Shown here piece after piece: positions 41,776 through 53,456 of a DNA stretch of 64,000 nucleotides. This DNA comes from Eledone cirrhosa (lineage: Eukaryota), in NCBI GenBank assembly GCA_964016885.1, contig OZ024740.1, positions 8,556,001 to 8,620,000 on the forward strand. The letters run 5' to 3'. The notes below the pieces were generated by a model that saw nothing but the letters and a program-made list of their open reading frames with translations, searched no databases and had not been told where the DNA came from. The number at the start of each line of letters is the position of its first letter. Positions within the stretch are counted from its first letter, which is position 1. Position numbers and translations under genes: made by a program.

Positions 41776-44700
41776 AAATCAGTTACTATTGGTATGTCAG
41801 TTTCGATTGGTATGTCAGTTTTGATTATTATATCAGTTACTATTGGTATGTCAGTTTCGATTGGTATGTCAGTTTCGATTGGTATGTCAGTTTCTATTGG
41901 TATATGAGTTTCGATTGGTATGTCAGTTTCGATTAGTATATCAGATTCTATAAGTCTGTCAGTTTCTATTGGTATGTCAGTTTAGATTGGTAGATCAGTT
42001 TCTATTGCTATGTCAGTTTCTATTGGTATGTCAGTTTCGATTGGTATGTCAGTTTCTATTGGTATATCAGTTTCGATTATTATATCAGTTACTATTGGTA
42101 TGTCATTTTCGATTGGTATGTCAGTTTCGATTGGTATGTCAGTTTCTATTGGTATATCAGTTTCGATTGGTATGTCAGTTTCGATTAGTATATCATTTTC
42201 TATTGGTATGTCAGTTTTGATTGTTATGTCAGTTTCTATTGGTATATCAGTTTCGATTGGTATGTCAGTTTCGATTGGTATGTCAGTTTCGATTGGTATA
42301 TCAGTTTTAAATGGTATGTCAATCTCGATTGTTATGTCAATTTCGATTGGTATATAAGTTTCGATTAGTATGTCAGTTTCTATTGGTATGTCAGTTTCGA
42401 TTGGTATATCAGTTTCAATTGGTATGTCAGTTTCTATTGGTATGTCAGTTTCGATTATTATATCAGTTACTATTGGTATGTCATTTTCGATTGGTATGTC
42501 ATTTTCGATTGGTATGTCAGTTTCTATTGGTATATCAGTTTCCATTGGTATGTCAGTTTCGATTAGTATATCAGTTTCTATTGGTATGTCAGTTTCGATT
42601 GTTATGTCAGTTTCTATTGGTATATCAGTTTCGATTGGTATGTCAGTTTCGATTGGTATGTCAGTTTCTATTGTAATGTCAGTTTCGATTAGTTTATCAG
42701 TTTCTATTGGTATATCAGTTTCTATTGGTATGTGTGTTTCTATTGGTATATCAGTTACGATTGGTATATCACTTTCGATTGGTATTTCAGTTTCGATTAG
42801 TATGTCAGTTTCGATTGGTATATCAGTTTCGATTGGTATATCAGTTACTATTGGTATGTCAGTTCCTATTGTTATGTCATCTTCGATTAGTTTATCAGTT
42901 TCTATTGGTATGTCAGTTTCGATTGGTATATCAGTATCTATTGGTATATCAGTTTCTATTGGTATGTCTGTTTCTATTGCTATATCAGTTTCGATTTGTA
43001 TATCAGTTCCGATTGGTATGTCAATTTCGATTGGTATGTCAGTTTAGATTGGTTATCAGTTTTGATTGGTATGTCATTCTCTATTGGTATATCAGTTTCG
43101 ATTGATATATCCGTTTCGATTAGTATGTCAGTTTTTATTGGTATATCAGTTTCGAATGGAAGGTCCTTCTCGATTGGTATGTCAATTTCGATTGGTATAT
43201 CAGTTTCGATTGGTATATCAGTTACTATTGGTATGTCAGTTTCTATTGGTTTGTCAGTTTCGATTAGTATATCAGTTTCTATTGGTATGTCAGTTTCGAT
43301 TGTTATGTCAGTTTCTATTTCTATACCAGTTTCTATTGGTATCTCAGTTTCGATTGGTAGGTCAGTTTCTATTGGTATGTCAGTTTCTATTGGTATGTCA
43401 GTTTCGATTGGTATGTCAGTTTCTATAGTTATGTCAGTTTCGATTGGTATATCAGTTTAGATTAATATGTCAGTTTCTATTGGTATATCAGTTTCGAATG
43501 CAATGTCAATCTCGATTGGTATATCAGTTACTATTGCTATGTCAGTTTCGATTGGTATGTCAGTTTCTATTGGTATATCAGTTTCTATTGGTATATCAGT
43601 TCCGATTGGTATGTCAATTTCGATTGGTATGTCAGTCTTGAATGGTATGTCAATCTCTATTCGTATGTCAATTTCGATTGGTATATCAGTTTCGATTAGA
43701 ATGTCAGTTTCTATTGGTATGTCAGTTTCTATTGGTTTGTCAGTTTCGATTGTTATGTCAGTTTCTATTTGTATATCAGTTTCTATTGGTATGTCAGTTT
43801 CGATTGGTATGTCAGTTTCTATAGTTATGTCAGTTTCGATTGGTATATCAGTTTAGATTAATATGTCAGTTTCTATTGGTATATCAGTTTCGAATGCAAT
43901 GTCAATCTCGATTGGCATATCAGTTTCGATTAGTATGTCACTTTCTATTGGTATGTCAGTTTCTATCGGTATATCAGTTTCTATTGGTATATCAGTTCCG
44001 ATTGGTATGTCAATTTCGATTGGTATGTCAGTCTTGAATGGTATGTCAATCCCTATTCGTATGTCAATTTCGATTGGTATATCAGTTTCGATTAGAATGT
44101 CAGTTTCTATTGGTATGTCAGTTTCGATTAGTTTATCAGTTTCTTTTGGTATGTCAGTTTCGATTGGTATGTCAGATTCTATTGGTATATCAGTTTCTAT
44201 TGGTATGTTTGTTTCTAATGGTATATCAGTTTCTATTGGTATATCAGTTTCTATTGGTATGTCAGTTTCGATTGGTATGTCAGTTTCGATTATTATATCA
44301 TTTACTATTGGTATGTCAGTTTCGATTGGTATGTCAGTTTCTATAAGTATGTCAGTTTCTAATGGTATATCAGTTTCGATTGGTATGTCAGTTTCGATTG
44401 GTATGTCAGTTTCTATTGGTATATCAGTTTCTATTGGTATGTCTGTTTCTATTGGCATATCTGTTTCGATTGTTATATCAGTTTCGAATTGTATGTTAAT
44501 CTCAAATGGTATGTCAGTTTCGATTGGTATATCAGTTTTGATTAGTATGTCAATTTCTATTGGTATATCAGTTTCGATTGGTATGTCAGTTTCAATTAGT
44601 ACGTCAGTTTCTATTGGTATGTTAGTTGCTATTGGTATATCAGTTTCGATTGGTATATCAGTTTCGATTGGTATGTCAGTTTCGATTGGTATGTCAGTTT

Positions 44701-47700
44701 CTACTGGTATATCAATTTCGATTGGTATATCAGTTTCTATAGGTATGTCAGTTTCGATTAGTATGTCAGTTTCTATTGGTATATCAGTTCCTATTGGTAT
44801 ATCAGTTTCGATTGGTATCTCAGTTTCTATTGGTATGTCAGTTTCGATTATTATATCAGTTACTATTGGTATGTCAGTTTCGATTGGTATGTCAGTTTCG
44901 ATTGGTATGTCAGTTTGTCTTGGTATATCAGTTTCTCTTGGTATGTCAGTTACTATTAGTATATCAGTTTCTATATGTATGTTAGTTTCTATTGGTATAT
45001 CAGTTTCGATTGGTATGTCAGTTTCGATTGGTATATCAGTTTCTATTGGTATGTCAGCTTCGATTAGTTTATCAGTTTCTATTGGTATGTCAGTTTCGAT
45101 TGGTATGTCTGTATCTATTGGTATATCAGTTTCTATTGGTATGTCTGTTTCTATTGCTATATCAGTTTCGATTTGTATATCAGTTCCGATTGGTATGTCA
45201 ATTTCGATTGGTATGTCAGTTTAGATTGGTTATCAGTTTTTAATGGTATGTCAATCTCGATTGGTATGTCAGTTTCTCTTGGTATATCAGTTTCTATTGG
45301 TATGTCAGTTACTATTGGTATGTCAGTTTCGATTGGTATATCAGTTTCGATTGGTATGTCAGTTTCAATTAGTACATCAGTTTTGATTCGTATGTCAGTT
45401 TCTATTGGTATGTCAGTTTCGATTAGTATGTTAGTTTCTATTGGTATATCAGTTTCGATTGGTATATCAGTTTCGATTGGTTAGTCAGTTTCGATTGGTA
45501 TGTCATTCTCTATTGGTATATCAGTTTCGATTGATATATCCGTTTCGATTAGTATGTCAGTTTTTATTGGTATATCAGTTTCGAATGGAAGGTCCATCTC
45601 GATTGGTATGTCAATTTCGATTGGTATATCAGTTTCGATTGGTATATCAGTTACTATTGGTATGTCAGTTTCTATTGGTTTGTCAGTTTCGATTAGTATA
45701 TCAGTTTCTATTGGTATGTCAGTTTCGATTGTTATGTCAGTTTCTATTTGTATATCAGTTTCTATTGGTATGTCAGTTTCGATTGGTAGGTCAGTTTCTA
45801 ATGGTATGTCAGTTTCTATTGGTATGTCAGTTTCGATTGGTATGTCAGTTTCTATAGATATGTCAGTTTCGATTGGTATATCAGTTTAGATTAATATGTC
45901 AGTTTCTATTGGTATATCAGTTTCGAATGCAATGTCAATCTCGATTGGTATGTCAATTTCGATTGGTATATCAGTTTCGATTGGTATATCAGTTACTATT
46001 GGTATGTCAGTTTCGATTGGTATGTCAGTTTCTATTGGTATATCAGTTTCTATTGGTATATCAGTTCCGATTGGTATGTCAATTTCGATTGGTATGTCAG
46101 TCTTGAATGGTATGTCAATCTCTATTCGTATGTCAATTTCGATTGGTATATCAGTTTCGATTAGAATGTCAGTTTCTATTGGTATGTCAGTTTCGATTAG
46201 TTTATCAGTTTCTTTTGGTATGTCAGTTTCGATTGGTATGTCAGATTCTATTGGTATATCAGTTTCTATTGGTATGTTTGTTTCTAATGGTATATCAGTT
46301 TCTATTGGTATATCAGTTTCTATTGGTATGTCAGTTTCGATTGGTATGTCAGTTTCGATTATTATATCATTTACTATTGGTATGTCAGTTTCGATTGGTA
46401 TGTCAGTTTCTATAAGTATGTCAGTTTCTAATGGTATATCAGTTTCGATTGGTATGTCAGTTTCGATTGGTATGTCAGTTTCTATTGGTATATCAGTTTC
46501 TATTGGTATGTCTGTTTCTATTGGCATATCTGTTTCGATTGTTATATCAGTTTCGAATGGTATGTTAATCTCAAATGGTATGTCAGTTTCGATTGGTATA
46601 TCAGTTTTGATTAGTATGTCAATTTCTATTGGTATATCAGTTTCGATTGGTATGTCAGTTTCAATTAGTACGTCAGTTTCTATTGGTATGTTAGTTGCTA
46701 TTGGTATATCAGTTTCGATTGGTATATCAGTTTCGATTGGTATGTCAGTTTCGATTGGTATGTCAGTTTCTACTGGTATATCAATTTCGATTGGTATATC
46801 AGTTTCTATTGGTATGTCAGTTTCGATTAGTATGTCAGTTTCTATTGGTATATCAGTTCCTATTGGTATATCAGTTTCGATTGGTATCTCAGTTTCTATT
46901 GGTATGTCAGTTTCGATTATTATATCAGTTACTATTGGTATGTCAGTTTCGATTGGTATGTCAGTTTCGATTGGTATGTCAGTTTGTCTTGGTATATCAG
47001 TTTCTCTTGGTATGTCAGTTACTATTAGTATATCAGTTTCTATATGTATGTTAGTTTCTATTGGTATATCAGTTTCGATTGGTATGTCAGTTTCGATTGG
47101 TATATCAGTTTCTATTGGTATGTCAGCTTCGATTAGTTTATCAGTTTCTATTGGTATGTCAGTTTCAATTGGTATGTCTGTATCTATTGGTATATCAGTT
47201 TCTATTGGTATGTCTGTTTCTATTGCTATATCAGTTTCGATTTGTATATCAGTTCCGATTGGTATGTCAATTTCGATTGGTATGTCAGTTTAGATTGGTT
47301 ATCAGTTTTGAATGGTATGTCAATCTCGATTGGCATGTCAGTTTCTCTTGGTATATCAGTTTCTATTGGTATGTTCAGTTACTATTGGTATGTCAGTTTC
47401 GATTGGTATGTCAGTTCCGATTGGTATGTCAGTTTCTATTGGTATATCAGTTTCGATTGGTATGTCAGTTTCAATTAGTACATCAGTTTTGATTCATATG
47501 TCAGTTTCTATTGGTATGTCAGTTTCGATTAGTATGTCAGTTTCTATTGGTATATCAGTTTCGATTGGTATATCAGTTTCGATTGGTTAGTCAGTTTCGA
47601 TTGGTATATCAGTTACTATTGGTATGTCAGTTTCTATTGGTTTGTCAGTTTCGATTAGTATATCAGTTTCTATTGGTATGTCAGTTTCGATTGTTATGTC

Positions 47701-49609
47701 AGTTTCTATTTGTATATCAGTTTCTATTGGTATGTCAGTTTCGATTGGTAGGTCAGTTTCTATTGGTATGTCAGTTTTTATTGGTATGTCAGTTTCGATT
47801 GGTATGTCAGTTTATATAGTTATGTCAGTTTCGATTGGTATATCAGTTTAGATTAATATGTCAGTTTCTATTGGTATATCAGTTTCGAATGCAATGTCAA
47901 TCTCGAGTGGTATGTCAATTTCGATTGGTATATCAGTTACTATTGGTATGTCAGTTTCGATTGGTATGTCAGTTTCTATTGGTATATCAGTTTCTATTGG
48001 TATATCAGTTCCGATTGGTATGTCAATTTCGATTGGTATGTCAGTCTTGAATGGTATGTCAATCTCTATTCGTGTGTCAATTTCGATTGGTATATCAGTT
48101 TCGATTAGAATGTCAGTTTCTATTGGTATGTCAGTTTCGATTAGTTTATCAGTTTCTTTTGGTATGTCAGTTTCGAATGGTATGTCAGATTCTATTGGTA
48201 TATCAGTTTCTATTGGTATGTTTGTTTCTAATGGTATATCAGTTTCTATTGGTATATCAGTTTCTATTGGTATGTCAGTTTCGATTGGTATGTCAGTTTC
48301 GATTATTATATCATTTACTATTGGTATGTCAGTTTCGATTGGTATGTCAGTTTCTATAAGTATGTCAGTTTCTAATGGTATATCAGTTTCGATTGGTATG
48401 TCAGTTTCGATTGGTATGTCAGTTTCTATTGGTATATCAGTTTCTATTGGTATGTCTGTTTCTATTGGCATATCTGTTTCGATTGTTATATCAGTTTCGA
48501 ATGGTATGTTAATCTCAAATGGTATGTCAGTTTCGATTGGTATATCAGTTTTGATTAGTATGTCAATTTCTATTGGTATATCAGTTTCGATTGGTATGTC
48601 AGTTTCAATTAGTACGTCAGTTTCTATTGGTATGTTAGTTGCTATTGGTATATCAGTTTCGATTGGTATATCAGTTTCGATTGGTATGTCAGTTTCGATT
48701 GGTATGTCAGTGTCGATTAGTATGTCAGTTTTTATTGGTATGTCAATTTCGATTGGTATATCAGTTTCTATTGGTATGTCAGTTTCTATTGGTATAACAG
48801 TTCTAATTGGTATGTCAATTTCTATTGGTATGTCCAGTTTCGATTGGTATGTCAGATTATATTGGTATGTCAGTTTCGAATAGTATATCAGTTTCTATTG
48901 GTACGTCAGTTTCGATTGGTATGTCAGTCTCGATTGGTATGTCAGTTTCGATTGGTATATCAGTTTCGATTGGTATATAAGTTTCGATTGGTATATCAGT
49001 TTAGATTGGTATGTCAGTTTCGATTGGTATGTCAGTTACTTTTGGTATGTCAATTTCGATTGGTATTTCAGTTTCGATTGTTATGTCAGTTTCTTTTGGT
49101 ATATCAGTTTCGGTTGGTATGTCAGTTTCAATTAGTACATCCGTTTTGATTGGTAAGTCAGTTTCTATTGGTATGTCAGTTTCGATTAGTATGTCAGTTT
49201 GTATTGGTATATCAGTTTCTATAAGTATGTCAGTTTCTATTGGTATGTCAGTTTCGATTGGTATATCAGTTTCGATTGGTATGTCAGTTTCTATTGGTAT
49301 ATCAGTTTCGATTGGTATGTCAGTTTCGATTGGTATGTCAGTTTCTATTGGTATATCAGTTTCGATTGATATGTCAGTATCTATTGGTATGTCAGTTTCT
49401 ATTGGTATATCAGTTTCACTTCGTATGTCAGTTTCGATTGGTATATCAGTTGCGAATGGAATGTCAATCTCGATTGGTATGTCAATTTCGATTGGTATAT
49501 CAATTTCGATTGGTATATCAGTTATTATTGGTATGTCAGTTTCGATTGGTATGTCAGTTTCGATTGGTATATCAGTTTCGATTGGTATGTCAGTTTCGAT
49601 TGGTATATC
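41776..49609. repeat. 18-bp satellite, right-domain type, with about three copies of a ~2-kb higher-order unit (~43050-48700)
   Basis: Landmarks at 45173/47242 and ORF ends 44458/46527 (offset 2069) and 46527/48471 (offset 1944). Shared rare variants include GTTAATCTCAAATGG, TTAGTTGCTATT and GGAAGGTCC. Confidence 0.96.
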
Positions 49610-49683
49610 TTTGTATTTTTGTTAATCGCTTGTTAAATGCAAGGACCCCATTCAATCATTACCTTCTTGCTAGCTACCCCCCA

Positions 49684-49779
49684 CCCCCACGCACCACCAT
49701 TGCTATTACGTCGACCAATCATAAAACAGAGCCCCCACGCATCACCAGTATTATTACGCGGACCAATCAGAAGCCAGAG
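49684..49779 (+). promoter_or_regulatory. Two tandem 48-bp units in the LINE 5' leader, each with a GACCAATCA (CCAAT) box; candidate internal Pol II promoter
   Basis: Units 49684-49731 and 49732-49779 match at 39 of 48 positions. CCAAT at 49715 and 49763. Promoter function is inferred. Confidence 0.55.
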
Positions 49780-49888
49780 GCCTATACTATCGCTTGCCTG
49801 GTTGCCTTTCGATATATGATGGATGGATGGACTGCGGAATCCTGGAGAGTGGAGGTGATAGAGAGAAAAATCTGGACGCTCAGCGACA

Positions 49889-52800
49889 ATGCCAAAGATA
49901 AAGACAAATTCACCTCTTGGACGAGAATGCGAGCACTCCTCATTGTTTCGACCGCGGACGGCTAACATAACCCCATCGCCCCCCGCCCCCCACCACTCCC
50001 AACCCCCAAACGCAATCCAAAACTTCAGAGTTGGTACCATAAATGTAGGCACCCTAAAGGGTCGCGCTAACGAGGTTGTAGAAATGCTTGAACGTAAGGA
50101 GGTCGATGTTTGTTGTATTCAAGAGACCAGGTGGAGGGGTGGGTCTGCTAGGTTCATTGAGGGTAAAAAACGATGTTATAAGCTTTTCTGGGTGGGAAAC
50201 GACGATGGTCTGGGTGGAGTAGGAATCATGGTAGCAGAAAAGTGGGCAGATAAGATAATAGACGTAAATAGAGTGAACGACAGAATAATTAAAATACGAC
50301 TTGTCCTCAATAGAACTACGGTGACAGTAATATCTGCGTACGCACCCCAATCCGGACTGCCCGGCACTATAAAAGACAGATTCTATGAGACACTGATGCT
50401 AACTACCTCCCAAATATCCGACAGTGACTATATAATTATCGCAGGCGACCTAAATGGTCACGTTGGACAACATTGTGACGGCTACGACGAAATCCATGGA
50501 GGCTATGGGTTTGGTACTAGAAATGAGGAAGGCTCCAGAATCCTGGAATTCTGTGATGCAAATAACCTAACTATCTGTAACACTAACTTCAAAAAACGTG
50601 ACAATCACCTGATCACCTATAGATCTGGGGAACACACAAGCCAGGTAGATTATATCCTTACCAGAAGACGTGACAGAGTGTCTGTTGTAAACACTAAATC
50701 CCTCCCCCATGAAGAATGCACCTCCCAACATAGACTGATAATTAGCGACCTCATAGTCAGGACGAGACGTACTCGACAGCAGAAGAGGACTATCCTCAGG
50801 AGAAAAATATGGAAGCTAAAGGACCCCACAGCCAGGAATAAATTTCAAAGCATATTACTTGATGCTTTCGACAGTAAGGAAGAACATTTAGAGTCGGACA
50901 ATATAGAGGGAGAGTGGGAATTTCTGAAAGCAAACCTGCTGTTGGCGACAGACGAAGTCTGTGGCTGGAGCAGGCCTGTAGGCAGGAGGAGAGTAACATG
51001 GTGGTGGAACAGTAAGGTGGAGGGGTCAATTAAGGCCAAAAAGCAGGCTTGGAAAGTATGGCGGGATGGGGGAAGTAGAGAGGACTATCAAGTGGCCAGG
51101 AGGGAAGCTAGGAGACAAGTGTACTTAGCAAGAAGGGAAGCTGAGGAAAGAAAGTTCAAGCATGTTCTACAACGCGATGACCAAAAACGTGAGGTGTTCA
51201 GGATTGCTAGGCAATGCGTCAAGGAAAACCGTGATATTGTCGGGGAGAAGTGTGTACTAAACGACGATGGCACACTTGCCATCACCGACGCTGATAAGAA
51301 GGTAGCTTGGAAGTGTCACTATGAAAGACTACTAAATGAGGCGAATAAATGGGAGAAAGACAGTCTCCCCCATATCGACCCAATAGAGGGACCAGCAGTG
51401 TTAGTCGAGGGGAGTATAATAAGTAAGGCAATCAAGGATATGAAGACGGGTAAGGCGGCTGGGCCTTCGGAAATAGTTGCTGAGATGCTGAAGGCATCTG
51501 GCACGGTGGGACACACCATGGTCACCCGCATAGTTAACCAAGTCGTACAGAATGGGGTTGTTCCGAAGGACTGGCATAGCAGCATCATCGTTAATTGTTA
51601 TAAGGGTAAAGGAGACGCCCTAGATAGGAGTAACTATAGAGGGATTAAATTAATCGACCAGGTCATGAAGGTCACGGAAAAAGTAATAGCACAACTAATC
51701 AGAGAGAGAATTGACCTAGATGAAATGCAGTTCGGGTTTGTGTCAGGCAAAAGTACCACAGACGCTCTTTTCATAGTACGACAACTACAGGAGAATACCT
51801 AGCTAAAGGTAAACCCCTCTACTTAGCTTTTGTCGACTTGGAGAAAGCCTTCGACAGAGTCCCCCGCTCCATTATCTGGTGGGCTCTTAGAAAACTAGGC
51901 GTTGACGAATGGCTTGTGAGGGCTATACAAGCCATGTATAAAGAAACAGTCAGCAAGGTTAGAATTAACAACGAATATAGTGAAGAGTTTAGCGTAAAAG
52001 TTGGCGTCCATCAGGGCTCTGTTCTCAGCCCACTACTATTTATTATTGCCCTTCAGGCTATAACAGAGGAGTTCAAGACAGGCTGCCCATGGGAACTCCT
52101 ATACGCAAACGACCTGACACTCATAGCGGAATCAATGGCCGAGCTAGAGAAGAAATTCCAAACATGGAAGCACGGCCTAGAGTCAAAAGGACTTAAAATT
52201 AACCTGGCTAAGACCAAAGTACTAGTTTGTAGGAAAGAAAACAAGGCGGCGGTCCCTTCTGGGAAATGGTCGTGCTCGGTGTGTAGGAAAGGCGTAGGTA
52301 GAAACTCCATTTTATGTCCTAAATGCAAAGTACGGGTGCATAAAAGATGTAGTGGGATCACAGGTAAGCTAACTAAGAACATAGATTTTACATGTGGCCG
52401 GTGCTCTGGTGCAATAAGTAGCAGCAAGTGCCCACAAAATACTAGCTCTTTCAATTGCGCAGAGGGTTCTATAGAAATAGTGGACAGCTTCCGTTACCTG
52501 GGCGATAAAATCAGCAGTGGGGGAGGGTGCTCTGAAAGTACTGTAGCTAGAGTCAGAACTGGTTGGAAAAAGTTCAGAGAGCTTATACCACTATTAGCTG
52601 CTAAAGGGTTCTCACTAAAAATGAAAGGCAGGTTGTACGATGCCTGCATACGAACAGCATACAACTGCATGGCAGTGAGACCTGGGCATTGTGTGCAGAG
52701 GATATACGCAGACTAGAGAGGAACGAAGCTTGCATGCTCCGCTGGATGTGTAACAGTAATATACGTGAACGGCAAAGCATAAACGAACTAAGGAAAAAAT

Positions 52801-53060
52801 TAGAGATAAGAGGGATCAGATGTTATTTACTCGAGAGAAGGCTACATTGGTATGGACACGTGATGCGCATGAAAGTCGATAGCTGTATAACAAAGTGCAG
52901 GGCAATAAAGATAGACGGTAGTCACGGAATAGGCAGACCTAGAAAAACCTGGGACGAGCTGATAAACTCCGACATCACACACTTACACCTCTCCAAGACA
53001 ATGTCACTGGACCGAGACCTTTGGCGGTACTCAGTAACAGAGAAGACCCGCCTTACCTAA
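49889..53060 (+). pseudogene. LINE polyprotein (APE endonuclease + reverse transcriptase + PHD finger), disrupted
   Basis: APE motifs GTINVGTL, CIQETRW, SAYAPQ, GDLNGHVG, DYIL, SQHR; RT motifs as in the sister copy. Lesions relative to the sister: 1-bp deletion near 51796, YADD>YAND (52102-52113), PHD W>R, and a +2 frameshift near 52660. Repairing the two indels gives 1056 aa. Confidence 0.94.
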
Positions 53061-53456
53061 ATATATAGTAAAACCTACTCCAGCCAGTAGGCATCTCTAA
53101 CAAAATACACCCCGTCCCACCACCACCCCCACCCCATCCACACCACCCCGTTCTATGTAAAGTTATGTTGGTGCCGCGCCATCGAGGCCGAAACACATGA
53201 GATCGTGTAGGTGTCACGACAAAAAAACACACAGTCCACGCTGTAATGTGGCCGTGTAGGCAACACGGTAAAAACCTCCCAGACCCACACTGTAAATGTG
53301 GTTGGTGTTAGGAAGGGCATCCAACTGTAGAAAACCTGCCAGACAGTCCTATGCGAGCAAGACAATCACTCTTGCCTCAAGTGGGACTACCCCCGTCCAA
53401 ACCCATGCAAGCGTGGAACACGGACGTTAAACGTTGATGATGATGATGATGATGAT

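Larger units (their letters stand above)
49610..53456 (+). mobile_element. RTE-clade LINE, family A, near-full-length (~3.85 kb) but inactivated
   Basis: ~280-bp 5' leader, single APE-RT ORF in three pieces, 3' UTR and (GAT)7 tail at 53436-53456. The flanks give a minimal TSD ATATC; longer TSDs cannot be excluded inside a tandem repeat. Whether the 5' end is complete cannot be proven from one copy. Confidence 0.94.

Noticed and set aside
49715-49739. ER-stress element (CCAAT-N9-CCACG) in the LINE leader
   Set aside because: The spacer between CCAAT and CCACG is 15 nt, not the required 9.
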